Shown here: positions 11,557-22,556 of the stretch, piece by piece | Layout: every line of letters starts with the position of its first letter | Numbering within the stretch: position 1 is the first letter of the stretch | Assembly: GCA_044347345.1 (NCBI GenBank) | Contig: JBIKUX010000008.1 | Span: 1-64,000, forward strand | DNA: 64,000 nt | Source: Bdellovibrionota bacterium | Lineage (GTDB): Bacteria; Bdellovibrionota_C; UBA2361; JBIKUX01 | Reading direction: 5' to 3' | Notes under the pieces: generated by a model | What the model was told of the DNA's origin: nothing | The model's input: the letters and a program-made list of their open reading frames with translations, nothing else | Database searches by the model: none | Translations under genes and position numbers: made by a program

Positions 11557-12813
11557 TTACCGTATAAGCTGAATAGTATCTCTGATTAGATTACTTGTAG
11601 CATTTAGGGTTTGGGAATTAGCTTGATATGCTCGCTGAAGCACAGTGAGATCAATAAATTCTGTACTAATATCTACATTTGATCTTTCAATGGCTGACCC
11701 TTTTATAGAACCAAGAACACCTGTTTCCGGTCTACCAATTATTCTTTCGCCACTATCAAAGCTCTCTGAAAAAAGAGATTCTTTATGTCTCGCAAGACCT
11801 TCTTCATTATTAAATGTTGCGAGTGCCAGAGTACCAACGGCTTCAATAGCGCCACTAGCAAATTTTACATTTACGCTCCCATCTTTACCTATTTCGTATC
11901 CTTCAATTTCATTCGGGCCACTCCCATTAACTGTCGAGCTGGTTAACGAAGAACCAGTAGCATATTGACTAAATCCGGCCAAATTGATGGTAAATGCACC
12001 AGGAGCTGAACCATTCGACCATGCTGGATTAGCCGTTAATACTGTGTTCCCTCCTTGAGCTATTCTTCCATTTGGTTGAAATTGCAAAGTAGTATCAGCA
12101 CCGATTTGTTGTGGTACACCAGCTTGGCCACCCACTTTTGCTGCATCAATGTAGGCTCTAACAGTCCAGGTGGAGCCTGCATTCTTGAAAAAAGCAAGTG
12201 TTACTCCGTGCCGATCGCCAAGCGAATCATATACATCCTGATAAGCGGTAAATGAGGCGGCAGACTTTACCTCAGCAATAGTTTGTGGTGCCACTGGAGG
12301 CTCTGCTTGTGGCAAGCGACTATCTAGATTACCAAAGAGTGATACCTCAGTAGTAGCTTCGATAGGCTGCAGAAAATTACGTAAATTTATTGGGCCAATC
12401 TCTTCTCCTTCGAGTGGATATCCCAAAATCTGTTCGCCACTAGTGGTAGCTAAGAATCCATCAGGACTGACTTCAAAATTACCTGCCCGGGTAAAATAAG
12501 GATTCTCAGATGTTCCAACTATGAAGAATCCACGGCCAATTATAGCTGAATCGAGACTTCGCTCGGTAGGTTCAATTATTCCAGCTGTAAGTATTGGACG
12601 AATAACACTCACCTCAGCGCCACTCCCTGGCGTTAACCTATCTTGAGCAATATCCCCCTCTAAACCTCCTGGAAAGAGACTAGCAAATTCAGTACGAGAG
12701 CGCTTAAACCCTAAGGTATTGGAATTAGCAACATTATCACCTACTACACTTATTGCTCGACCGAAAATGTCTATTCCAGAACGACTGGTATGAAGGGCTG
12801 ACTCAAGCCGCAT
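11557..12813 (-). CDS. flgE: flagellar hook protein FlgE
   Basis: GDNVANSNTLGFK, FTRAGNF, VYDSLGD, SNVDISTEF...QRAYQAN. Confidence 0.9.
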   Translation of the reverse strand: MRLESALHTSRSGIDIFGRAISVVGDNVANSNTLGFKRSRTEFASLFPGGLEGDIAQDRLTPGSGAEVSVIRPILTAGIIEPTERSLDSAIIGRGFFIVGTSENPYFTRAGNFEVSPDGFLATTSGEQILGYPLEGEEIGPINLRNFLQPIEATTEVSLFGNLDSRLPQAEPPVAPQTIAEVKSAASFTAYQDVYDSLGDRHGVTLAFFKNAGSTWTVRAYIDAAKVGGQAGVPQQIGADTTLQFQPNGRIAQGGNTVLTANPAWSNGSAPGAFTINLAGFSQYATGSSLTSSTVNGSGPNEIEGYEIGKDGSVNVKFASGAIEAVGTLALATFNNEEGLARHKESLFSESFDSGERIIGRPETGVLGSIKGSAIERSNVDISTEFIDLTVLQRAYQANSQTLNATSNLIRDTIQLIR

Positions 12814-13026
12814 GAGCTTAATCCTCGAATGTTTTCAGGCGAATCAACTCCGTAGAAGATTATCGCCAATTTCCTGCTCGGAGGGAAATTCCTTCCAACC
12901 AGATCTACTCAAAAATTAGAGCATCAAGAACTGAGCCAACTGGCTTTCTTCTGAGAAAATAGACCATATAATGCTGAAATCTTTAAATAATAACTTCTAC
13001 CATGTACCAGTAAAAACTAGTAAAAG

Positions 13027-14040
13027 CTAACATAGCTTCTTTGATAAAAGGTCTTTTAGGGAAAAACCGTTCCGTAACGTGCACCACACCCCGAACACAA
13101 TAACAAGAACGTACTGCACAAGGTGAGTGACGATACCAAAAGCAATGCCAACATCTTTTGGTAATTTAAGAAAATAAAAAGCAGCAAGACATCCAGTTTG
13201 ATACACTCCGATAAAACCGGGAGCACTGGGAGCTGCCACCGACAGCGATACCGTAATCATCAGTAAAAGCCCAAATGACAAGGGCGGAACAAAAAAAAGA
13301 TATCCAGCCATATAAAAAAATCCGGCGGTCATCAACCAAATAACTGACGTAAGAAAAGTAATTACTACTACCTTTTTACCTCGTGCAATTTGACGAATAT
13401 CAGCAAAAACAGACGCAAATAATCTTGCTAAAGTCCTCTCTACTACCTCAAAATTTCTTTGAGATAAAAGAGGTTTAAAAAATCCTAAAACTAATCGCAG
13501 CACTAATTCAGCAACCCTTGGCTTGAATATAACCAAAAGAATAAGACTACTCAGACACACAGCCATTATTGAAAGAATACGCACTCCCTGCAAAATCCAA
13601 CCATCAACGAAAAAGGGCTGTTTTATTGAAACAATAAAAAATGTTACCAAAACAAAAATCAGATCAAAAAGACGCTCCACTACTACCGATACCATTGCTG
13701 AGCTAAAAGATACCGTTGAACGAGCGACCAAAACTCCCGGACGTATAACCTCTCCAGCACGAAAAGGAAGAAAATACGAGGCTAAATTGCCGATCATTAA
13801 AGAATCAAATAACAAACGAGTGCTTGGGGGCGTACCTTCCAAACGGGGCAATAAATACCGCCACCGCACCGCTCTCAAATAGTTCTGCAATATACAAACT
13901 AAACTAATCGGAACCATCCAGCCCCAATTCATAGTCGAGATGTGATTCTCCAAATCCGAGATAGTGACCTGCCTAGCCATCCAAAAAACAAGTATACAAC
14001 TTACAAATAAACCAAAAATTAACTGAAGAACCTTAATCAC
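13027..14040 (-). CDS. lysylphosphatidylglycerol-synthase-TM/flippase-like membrane protein
   Basis: RAVRW, LPFRAGEVIR, VERLFD, PSAPGFIG; multi-TM. Confidence 0.85.
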   Translation of the reverse strand: MIKVLQLIFGLFVSCILVFWMARQVTISDLENHISTMNWGWMVPISLVCILQNYLRAVRWRYLLPRLEGTPPSTRLLFDSLMIGNLASYFLPFRAGEVIRPGVLVARSTVSFSSAMVSVVVERLFDLIFVLVTFFIVSIKQPFFVDGWILQGVRILSIMAVCLSSLILLVIFKPRVAELVLRLVLGFFKPLLSQRNFEVVERTLARLFASVFADIRQIARGKKVVVITFLTSVIWLMTAGFFYMAGYLFFVPPLSFGLLLMITVSLSVAAPSAPGFIGVYQTGCLAAFYFLKLPKDVGIAFGIVTHLVQYVLVIVFGVWCTLRNGFSLKDLLSKKLC

Positions 14041-15157
14041 CAGATCTATCCTTATTCGGAAACGTAGTTAAACCACATGCTCGTGCTGGACATGAAATGT
14101 CGCAATTTAATTCCTGCTTGCACTCAACATTAGGGAGTATCCAGCCATGCAAATTATCCAAAACAATGTCTGTTAATGCATCTAACCACTGAGGTTCATC
14201 ATTTAAGCATCGAATTAAAGTTAAAGATGTCCCCCCTTTTTCCAAGAATAGCTCCTTCGCCTCATGCCCTATTTCATCAATGGTTTCTAAGCAATCAGAA
14301 GAAAAACCCGGACATGCCACTGCTAGATGCTTTACACCGTCTTGTTCTGCAAGTTTCTCTATCGTTTCATCGGTATAAGGAACAAGCCACTGCTCTCTAC
14401 CGAATCTACTTTGAAATGTAGAAACAATTCGCTCCCGAGGATACTCAAGAAACGGCATTAATCTAGTAGTAGTTTCTACACATTCACAACAATATGGATC
14501 TCCTTTTTGCACATATCTGACTGGAATACCGTGATAGGATAAAATTAATCTATCAGCAGGAACTGGTAAGGTAGCAAGCTGACGATTTACCGAACCAGCA
14601 AGTGCCGAAATAAAGCGAGAGTCTCGGTAATACGGCTCTGCTACTCTTAATGTTGGTATCCAACGTTCCCGTAATAAGCGCCTAAATACTGCATCATAGG
14701 TAGAAGCTGTAGTTGCAGCAGCATATTGAGGATACAAAGGCACTAAAAGAATTCGGCGACAACCTGCCTTTATTAATTGATCCACACCTAAATTTAGATT
14801 GGGATTTCCGTATCTCATGCCATAAGCAACCACTACATCAGAAAATCCATGATTTCGTAATCGAGTAGCTACACCCTCAGCTTGTAGCTTAGTAGTTAGC
14901 AGTAACGGTGAACCCTCAGAAGTCCAAACACGAGAATATAATCGAGCAGATCTGCGCGGACGAGTGCGCAGTATTATCCCATTCAAGAGTAACCACCAAA
15001 AAAAACGGTTCACCTCAATTACTCTGGGATCAGACAAAAACTCCTTTAAATAACGACGCAGAGCCGAAGTTGTAGGCTCATCAGGAGTACCAAGTTGCGC
15101 AAAAAGAATACCGACGCGGTCATATACAGACTCACAACCAATACGAAAGGTAGTCAT
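14033..15157 (-). CDS. hemH: ferrochelatase with Cys-rich C-terminal extension
   Basis: LGTPD, GSPL, MRYGNP, PLYPQY, SYHGIP, FQSRFG, DCLETIDEI. Confidence 0.96.
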   Translation of the reverse strand: MTTFRIGCESVYDRVGILFAQLGTPDEPTTSALRRYLKEFLSDPRVIEVNRFFWWLLLNGIILRTRPRRSARLYSRVWTSEGSPLLLTTKLQAEGVATRLRNHGFSDVVVAYGMRYGNPNLNLGVDQLIKAGCRRILLVPLYPQYAAATTASTYDAVFRRLLRERWIPTLRVAEPYYRDSRFISALAGSVNRQLATLPVPADRLILSYHGIPVRYVQKGDPYCCECVETTTRLMPFLEYPRERIVSTFQSRFGREQWLVPYTDETIEKLAEQDGVKHLAVACPGFSSDCLETIDEIGHEAKELFLEKGGTSLTLIRCLNDEPQWLDALTDIVLDNLHGWILPNVECKQELNCDISCPARACGLTTFPNKDRSGD

Positions 15158-15189
15158 AGGCCAAAACTCACTATTTTCTCAACCGAAAG

Positions 15190-16641
15190 CTACCCAACAA
15201 ACTCCTGAAACTCTGAAGTTACAGCCGATAATGCCATTCCAACTCTATCAGGAACTCCCACACCACCTCGGTCTACCCCAATGAATCTCAGCCCTGAAAA
15301 GTTTGCCTCACACTCATCCATAGCGGCTTGCAAACGCCACGAACCAACTGATAACTGAGGGATAGCACGCTGCCAACGAGTCGTTAAAAGTACCTTATCA
15401 ACTCCGAACCCAAGAAACTCCTTAATAGACGCCACTGCCGCACTCTCAGGAGATTCTCCACCAAAATCCTCTTCTGCTAAGCCACGCATCATAACTGTAA
15501 GAAGGTGTGCTTTACTAGGAGCTACTTCAGGAAAAAGAACTGAATTTGCCATTATTCCTAGTAATCCCCGCGGTGCGCCAGGAGGGAAAAGAACCCCAAA
15601 CCCTTTACTAAGCCACGGCATTGAAGAGGAAACAGCACAGTGAATGACACTAAGTGGTACGAACAACATCGAGCTAAACTTTCCAGCTAAATCAGGGGAA
15701 AGTGTCGATATAAACTTAGATGTAGCAGGTCCAGCTGTTGCAATTATTACCTTAGAGGTAAGTATTTGCGTATTCCAACCTCGCACTAAAAATCTACCTT
15801 TGCAAGCAGGGCTCTCAGACATTACCTGCTCAATACCAATCACAGCCTCTCTTAAACACACCCTTTCAGGTAACGATTCATAAAGTGATTGAATAAGTAA
15901 AGAATTCCCCCCACTAAGAGTGAAGATTTTTGGACTCTTTGAGGATGAAGTTTGCGAAGAGGCTTGATTTTCTGATGTCACTAACCTATTTGCTCTCTTC
16001 CGATCGGCTAACCACTTAAGCGGTGTTTTTCCCTTCAACATAGAATCCCACAGACCAGGGAGAATACTACGCGCACTTAGTAAATCTGCCGGACTTCCGT
16101 AAATTCCCTGAAGCGCTGGTTCCAGTATTTCACGAACAGTAGAGTCACCAAAAAGCGTACCAATAAAATGTGCTACTGAAGCATCATCCCCAAATTTTTC
16201 GTGAGCAAATTTCTGAAATAATCCTCGGACACATCTAATTTTTTCTCGAGAGGTTAGCAAACGCGTGGTTAAAAAAGGGAATAAGCCACGTGGGACTGCC
16301 AAAGGCCCCCCCGCTATCATCGGCGCAGATAATATGCCCTTCGGCGCAGCACCACGCCTACTCCAAACGTACTGAGCGTAATCAGATATTACCGGATATC
16401 GCTTCTGTTTTTCTAAGCCAAGCTCTTTCAAAAAACTGGGGAATTGATGTTTATCCAAAAAAACATTAGGCCCAGCCTCAAGAGTAAACCCTTCCTTTTG
16501 AACTGAGCGCAATACCCCGCCAACAGATTCAGGCTCAAAAATTACGAATCGTTTTCCGAGCTGCTTCAGAGCGTAAGCAGCAGTAAGCCCTGTGACACCA
16601 CCGCCTATCACTACAGCATCAACCGAGCTTAAGCCATTCAT
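15190..16641 (-). CDS. hemY: protoporphyrinogen oxidase (HemY-type)
   Basis: IGGGVTGL FAD motif, EAGPN, GFGVL, RWQRAIPQ, GVGVPD; adjacent to hemH. Confidence 0.88.
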   Translation of the reverse strand: MNGLSSVDAVVIGGGVTGLTAAYALKQLGKRFVIFEPESVGGVLRSVQKEGFTLEAGPNVFLDKHQFPSFLKELGLEKQKRYPVISDYAQYVWSRRGAAPKGILSAPMIAGGPLAVPRGLFPFLTTRLLTSREKIRCVRGLFQKFAHEKFGDDASVAHFIGTLFGDSTVREILEPALQGIYGSPADLLSARSILPGLWDSMLKGKTPLKWLADRKRANRLVTSENQASSQTSSSKSPKIFTLSGGNSLLIQSLYESLPERVCLREAVIGIEQVMSESPACKGRFLVRGWNTQILTSKVIIATAGPATSKFISTLSPDLAGKFSSMLFVPLSVIHCAVSSSMPWLSKGFGVLFPPGAPRGLLGIMANSVLFPEVAPSKAHLLTVMMRGLAEEDFGGESPESAAVASIKEFLGFGVDKVLLTTRWQRAIPQLSVGSWRLQAAMDECEANFSGLRFIGVDRGGVGVPDRVGMALSAVTSEFQEFVG

Positions 16642-16680
16642 CCTATCTCACTAATTGTCATAATTTGATTTGTGAATTTT

Positions 16681-17922
16681 TTAGAATAGCAACCGAGTTC
16701 TAATAGTTGCTGGTAGTGCATCAATCTCTTGCTTAACCGCACGCGACACCGTGCGTTCAACATCCATTATTAAGTACCCGACTTCTCCTTGAGTTGACAA
16801 AAATTGTCGATAAATATTTGCTCCTAGATTAGCAATTATTTCATTTACATCACGTAGTACACCTGGGACGTTGCGATGAATATGCAGTACTCTATGTGCA
16901 TTCTCAACAACAGGGAGTTCAACATGAGGAAAATTTACAGCACCAGTGGTGCTACCTTGCTCAAGGAATCGCCGCAGAGCTAAGGCCACTTCTCTACCGA
17001 TATTCTCTTGAGCTTCAACAGTGGCGGCACCGATGTGCGGAGTTAAAAACACATTTGGCTTATCTGTAACAGGTGTAACAAACCCCTCTCCATTACTTTC
17101 TGGTTCTTCAGGATATACATCAAGACCAGCACCACCCAAATGATTTGATTCAAGCGCTAACTGTAATGCATCGAGATCAACTACTGAGCCTCGACTCAGA
17201 TTTAATAGTATTGCGCCTTGCTTCATGCACTTCAGTTCATGATTTCCAATCATACCAATAGTCTCAGAGGTCTCTGGAACATGCAAAGTGACTACATCCG
17301 ATTCACGTAACAGCTCTTGTAATGACCCTACCGCTACAGCATTTCCAAAAGGTAGCTTCGGAACTATATCGTAGAAAATCACCCTCATGCCTAAAGACTC
17401 ACTAAGTAAAGCTACTTGCTGGCCGATGTGACCATATCCGACTATCCCGATAGTCTTACCTCGCACCTCAGAAGCGGCACCGGTAATTTTCTTCCAAGTA
17501 CCTCTATGCATTTCGCTATTCCGCACTACTGCTCGCCGGAATAGCAGAATCATCTCACCAATAGTAAGTTCAGCGACACTCCTTGTACTTCCAAATGGAG
17601 CATTAAACACTGGTACTCCCGCTGTAGCTGATTCACAAAGGTCAACTTGATTCGTACCTATACCAAAGCACCCTATCGCTAAAAGTGAAGAAGCTCGCTT
17701 AAGCACTTCTTTACTAATTGTGCTCTTTGAGCGAATTCCAACCAAGTGAATGCCTTCCAGACTTTCGGCAAATTGGTCTCCCGTCATCCCGTATTGTCTA
17801 CACTCAACTTGATAACCTCGCTCTGAGAGAATATTTTGAGCAACAGGATGAATGCCTTCTAAGAGAAGAATCCTTATTTTTTCAGGTGGGTAGGAGTATA
17901 AAGGCAAAGGAGGTGTATTCAT
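16681..17922 (-). CDS. serA: D-3-phosphoglycerate dehydrogenase (E. coli type with ACT domain)
   Basis: ILLLEGIH, GIGTNQVDL, GYGHIG, TPHIG, HRNVPGVL. Confidence 0.96.
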   Translation of the reverse strand: MNTPPLPLYSYPPEKIRILLLEGIHPVAQNILSERGYQVECRQYGMTGDQFAESLEGIHLVGIRSKSTISKEVLKRASSLLAIGCFGIGTNQVDLCESATAGVPVFNAPFGSTRSVAELTIGEMILLFRRAVVRNSEMHRGTWKKITGAASEVRGKTIGIVGYGHIGQQVALLSESLGMRVIFYDIVPKLPFGNAVAVGSLQELLRESDVVTLHVPETSETIGMIGNHELKCMKQGAILLNLSRGSVVDLDALQLALESNHLGGAGLDVYPEEPESNGEGFVTPVTDKPNVFLTPHIGAATVEAQENIGREVALALRRFLEQGSTTGAVNFPHVELPVVENAHRVLHIHRNVPGVLRDVNEIIANLGANIYRQFLSTQGEVGYLIMDVERTVSRAVKQEIDALPATIRTRLLF

Positions 17923-18356
17923 AATTATTTGGATAAAATCTGTTTCCTTTTAACTTGCTTTAGCACATTACTAATTGCACTATCCAGTCTCAAGACTGGT
18001 ATGAAAAAGTCGTAGGCACACTGTCTTTCTCCACTACACTGCCTTTCGCCAGGTATCGAAATGAACATCTAAATTTTGTGAATTTCAACTTCGCGGTTTT
18101 CGTAGTTATTTTCAGGCAGTTAGAAAAATCCTAGAGAATTTAATAAGTAGCCAGATAGAATTTTATAAAAATTTTATTAAATTTATTTATTTTTAAGTTT
18201 CCTTTAATTAGGATTACGTAATAATACAATTTATTGTTACATCCTATTTATCGCCTAGCACGGTTGTTTCTAATATTCACGCAACTGCTATTAGGCAAGT
18301 AACCTATCGTTCTTTAATTATTTTATGGAGGCTTTTTACATCTAAAAGTTAAGTTT

Positions 18357-18716
18357 ATGGGAGTTCAACCAGTTCTTTTTGAAAAGTCTACATTTATTGA
18401 GCGTTTGCAGGGTTATTTACCAACCACTAACCCCGCTTTACAACTTAATCGCATTCACTTACCGAGTAACGTGATAGCTCTAGCTTTATCCCGAATTTCT
18501 CGAGGCTGGAGATTGCTCTCAAAAATTGGTAAAAACGGCTGGCTAACAAAAATTCTTCCTCTCTTACCTCAAATAGCTGAACATTTCATAAAAAATGTTG
18601 TGGCAACCGATGTAGCTGACGTCTTAAGTCATGCAATTATCTATCTACACCAACTGTGGAGCCAAGAAGTAAACAGGCTTAAGTTACTAGATCAATTCGA
18701 ACCAGACCCAATTTAG
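18357..18716 (+). CDS. hypothetical protein
   Basis: 119-aa ATG ORF in otherwise empty space. Confidence 0.5.
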   Translation: MGVQPVLFEKSTFIERLQGYLPTTNPALQLNRIHLPSNVIALALSRISRGWRLLSKIGKNGWLTKILPLLPQIAEHFIKNVVATDVADVLSHAIIYLHQLWSQEVNRLKLLDQFEPDPI

Positions 18717-18837
18717 TAGAGTGCGTGGTTAGTAGAGTAGGTAAAAATTTTATCAATTCGCTCGAATTAATTTATTCGCTCAAAACTTTTATTTTAAGTA
18801 CCACACTCGCACGAAGTTAAGTCACCTGCTACTATAA

Positions 18838-21800
18838 GTGGCTATGAATAACTCGATTCCTACGTCTAATCGGCAGCTTAGTAACTCACCTACCATTATT
18901 CCGCAAGGAATACCGTTCGGTCGATTTTCTCCACGTCTGCGTGATTTATTAAAACGTATATGCTCACAAGAGCTTTGGGATGAGGCAGCGAGGTATTTAA
19001 GATTACAGGCTGTTAACAATATATCAATTCATCGTCACTCCATTCGAGGCCTAGTCTCCCTTGATGCAGGTACAATCACAGCCTCGAGTAGCAGTAATAG
19101 TGGTTCGAGTACCGGCAAAGCTCCTCAAGGAGAAGCCACAGTATCTATAAAAATATTACCGAGTCATTCCACTGGTCAAATATATGAACCAAGTCGAGTG
19201 GAAACTAGCTGTACTTGTTCTAACGATAGTGAAAATGAAAACGGAGAAACAAAGCCCAATATTTGGTGTGCTCACGCCCTAGCTGTAATTGGTTCATACT
19301 ATTTAAGCCCCAGTCACAAGGGAGAACTCTCAACTTTAGCGGAACATCAAACAGCTAATGATTTTAGCCTTTACAATAAATCATTTGCCTCTGCAATTGC
19401 CCAATCTCTGACTCATCTTGCAGTCACTCAACGAGAGCGAGATGTATCAATTCATGGGTCAACACAACAATCAAATATTAAAGGCGCCCAACATACCCCC
19501 TGGTTTCCAGAAGTTCAGGTTATGATTGATATAAATCGCAGTGAACTGCTGGTACAGGTGCTTTTTGATGGCATAAGCCAAGAGGCACCTTTTTTTCCTG
19601 AATTAGAGTCGGCAGTTTCTGCGAGACTGTTAGACCGAGAACTACTTTCTACTCTCATTCAACAATCGGTATGGGATGAAAGAGAAGTATGTTGGCGAGT
19701 TAATAAGACAGAGGCTATATCTGCTCTCTTCGCACTTTTATCGGAATATGAGGGGCACGTTGTTTCAAAAAATAATAATCGCTTAAAAATAAGTCGGGAT
19801 CATGCCACTGTTAAGATCTTAATTGACTGGAGCTCTGAAGTAGTACGTACTACATTAAAGTGGGAGGTGCTTGGCAAGCTAACAAACAAACATGGAGTTT
19901 TGTTGGGTAATAGCTCAGAACTCTCCTCATTTAATGAGCATAATGAGAATTATGATAAGCCAAGTTGGGTTAAAATTGGCTCTACATTTTATCCAGTCAC
20001 AGCAAGTGTTGTTCGCTTAGCTCGCTTTTTTAACACATCCGTAAACATAGATACCCCTTTGTCTCTTGCTGCACCTCTCGCTTTATTACCCTTTGAGGAT
20101 CTTCCCTTAGTAATAGAGTCCAACAGTGAAAAGCGTCCGGAAGTGATTACCGTTCAGCCCGATGTCAGCATAAATGTATATGTTTCACCATCTCATCGGA
20201 ATCTTAATCACGAAGCGCTCACAGTCTCTGCCACTAGAAACCATTCTACTATTAATAATATTGAGGTAGAGCTGAAGGTAAAATGTGCGGGCACTAAACC
20301 GCCTCGCAAAAATAATAAGAATAACAAAGATTCTTTTGTGATAACTCAACTAGATCCAATATCTTTAGGGGACATTTGGGGTCGGTTGAAAAAGTTAGGG
20401 CTTTTAGCGATTAATTCTGGTCGCAGTTCTTCTAATCAAGTAAACGCTACTACAAGTAGTATTTTTAATAATTCAAAAAGCAAAATACTGGAAACTAACC
20501 AGCAAGTATTTTTAGACAATCCTGAATTACATGAGTCAACTTGGATAGCGAAAGGAGATATCGCTCTAGAAATATTACACAGACCTCACGCAATATTTCC
20601 AGAAAACTGGGAGATCCTAAGCGATAAGCGAGTAAATGCTACTTCTAGCGCATCTATCGCACCGTTACAACTAATCATAGCTCTAAATTCTTATCAACCA
20701 GAAAATCTTAATGATGTTTCAACAGCTCAAAGTTACGATCTGAAAATTTCTCTTCTTTTACGTGGTACACAAGTTCCTTTATCACTTCTATTTCGTCACA
20801 TCAAAACATTAAATGATCCAAATAATGAAACTAGATGGATTGATCTTGAAAATAACGCTATTGCACGTGTTCCTGGAGGCTCCCTTATTCGATTAGTAAG
20901 AGCATTAGAGCCATTTGAACAAAATTTAAAACTTGCCCATTCAATATCACGTCGCATAACCAAACTTGAAGCTCTTGGTCTATCTACCCTCGATGGTAAT
21001 GACGGCATTCAAGTCATACTCGATGACGAGCTGAGGGCTGCACGTAGTCAGCTAACAGCTTTGACAAAATTCCCACAAAGAACACCACCTAAATCCTTCA
21101 ATGGCAAATTACGATCCTATCAAAAACGTGCTATTGGATGGATTGAAACGCTTCATTCTGTCGGATTAGGTGGGATACTGGCAGATGAAATGGGTTTAGG
21201 AAAAACTGTTCAAACTTTAGCCTATACTGCCATTATTAAAGATCAATCTACCAACACTGGCTCGAGTAAATCAGCACCAGTGCTGGTAATTGCTCCGACT
21301 TCCGTTACTACTAATTGGCTTCATGAAATTGCTCATTTTACTCCCAATCTTAGGGCTTTACACTATGTTGGCTCTCGAAGAAAACTAACCATTAAGACTT
21401 TTGCCAAATATGATATTATCGTTACCTCCTATTCGCTCGCTCGAATAGATTGTGATGAGTTAGCTCGTCAATCCTTCTCCATGGTTGTACTAGACGAAGC
21501 TCACTACTTAAAAAATCCAGATTCTTCCACCAGAAAGGCAATAAAATCGTTTATAGTTCCAAGGCGTCTAGCTTTAACTGGAACTCCCACGGAAAATCGA
21601 CCTCTAGAATTATGGTCGATAGCAGACATCGTTAATCCAGGATACCTTGGTACTAGGTCTCTTTTCCGACTTGACTATGAACAGCCTATCTTAACTGAAA
21701 ACAACCTTAATTCTCAGTCTTCTCTTCGAAAAAGAGTTGCTCCATTTTTGCTTCGTCGCACTAAAAAAGATGTACTAACTGAATTACCAGAAAAACTTGA

Positions 21801-22533
21801 ATCAACAATTTATACAGCTATGACGCCAGAACAGCGTCTAATCTATGAAAGGTATGCTACTCAATGTAGTGCTGAAGTAGCGGCTGTTATACATGCAAAA
21901 GGTCTCTCCAGAGCTCGTGCTACAATCTTAACCGTCATTCTTCGTCTTCGGCAGATTGTAAATCATCCGCTATCGCTACCGGAACTTGAAAATAGTGGAG
22001 ACACCATTTTGAGCTCAGGTAAGTTTGAGGCCGCAAAAGATCTTCTGTTACAAGCCGTATATGAAAAGCGTAAGGTGCTTTTGTTTAGCCAATTTCGAGC
22101 TATGCTTAACCTATTTAGGCGGTGGCTCGATGAAAGTGACATTCCATATGAATATATCGACGGTAATGTGCGCGATCGTCAAGAAAGAATAGATTCATTT
22201 TCAACTAATCCGTCTATCCCCATATTTCTTCTTAGCCTAAAAGCTGGTGGAGTTGGCATTAACTTGACAGCCGCTGATACCGTTATTTTGTATGATCCTT
22301 GGTGGAATCCAGCGGTTGAAGCTCAGGCCGTTGACCGAGCTCATCGTATTGGACAAACCAATCACGTCAATGTTTACAGATTAGTAACAGCAGATTCAAT
22401 TGAAGAGCGCATAATGGAATTAAAAGAGCGAAAGAAAGAATTAACTGATGCGCTTATTGGCGATACACCCTCTGGAGCCCTCCCGATTACTGTTGAGGAT
22501 CTGAAAAGACTGCTCGAATTACCGCAAGAATAA
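18838..22533 (+). CDS. SWIM zinc-finger SNF2-family helicase/translocase
   Basis: CTC...WCAH SWIM; LADEMGLGKT, DEAH, LTGTP, LSLKAGGVGINLT, DPWWNP, DRAHRIGQ. Confidence 0.93.
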   Translation: MAMNNSIPTSNRQLSNSPTIIPQGIPFGRFSPRLRDLLKRICSQELWDEAARYLRLQAVNNISIHRHSIRGLVSLDAGTITASSSSNSGSSTGKAPQGEATVSIKILPSHSTGQIYEPSRVETSCTCSNDSENENGETKPNIWCAHALAVIGSYYLSPSHKGELSTLAEHQTANDFSLYNKSFASAIAQSLTHLAVTQRERDVSIHGSTQQSNIKGAQHTPWFPEVQVMIDINRSELLVQVLFDGISQEAPFFPELESAVSARLLDRELLSTLIQQSVWDEREVCWRVNKTEAISALFALLSEYEGHVVSKNNNRLKISRDHATVKILIDWSSEVVRTTLKWEVLGKLTNKHGVLLGNSSELSSFNEHNENYDKPSWVKIGSTFYPVTASVVRLARFFNTSVNIDTPLSLAAPLALLPFEDLPLVIESNSEKRPEVITVQPDVSINVYVSPSHRNLNHEALTVSATRNHSTINNIEVELKVKCAGTKPPRKNNKNNKDSFVITQLDPISLGDIWGRLKKLGLLAINSGRSSSNQVNATTSSIFNNSKSKILETNQQVFLDNPELHESTWIAKGDIALEILHRPHAIFPENWEILSDKRVNATSSASIAPLQLIIALNSYQPENLNDVSTAQSYDLKISLLLRGTQVPLSLLFRHIKTLNDPNNETRWIDLENNAIARVPGGSLIRLVRALEPFEQNLKLAHSISRRITKLEALGLSTLDGNDGIQVILDDELRAARSQLTALTKFPQRTPPKSFNGKLRSYQKRAIGWIETLHSVGLGGILADEMGLGKTVQTLAYTAIIKDQSTNTGSSKSAPVLVIAPTSVTTNWLHEIAHFTPNLRALHYVGSRRKLTIKTFAKYDIIVTSYSLARIDCDELARQSFSMVVLDEAHYLKNPDSSTRKAIKSFIVPRRLALTGTPTENRPLELWSIADIVNPGYLGTRSLFRLDYEQPILTENNLNSQSSLRKRVAPFLLRRTKKDVLTELPEKLESTIYTAMTPEQRLIYERYATQCSAEVAAVIHAKGLSRARATILTVILRLRQIVNHPLSLPELENSGDTILSSGKFEAAKDLLLQAVYEKRKVLLFSQFRAMLNLFRRWLDESDIPYEYIDGNVRDRQERIDSFSTNPSIPIFLLSLKAGGVGINLTAADTVILYDPWWNPAVEAQAVDRAHRIGQTNHVNVYRLVTADSIEERIMELKERKKELTDALIGDTPSGALPITVEDLKRLLELPQE

Positions 22534-22556
22534 TCAAGTAGTGATGGTAACTTTGT

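Noticed and set aside
9100-12870. GCCGAT/GGCGATAA motifs as sigma-28 promoters of the flagellar genes
   Set aside because: No correctly spaced TAAA -35 element
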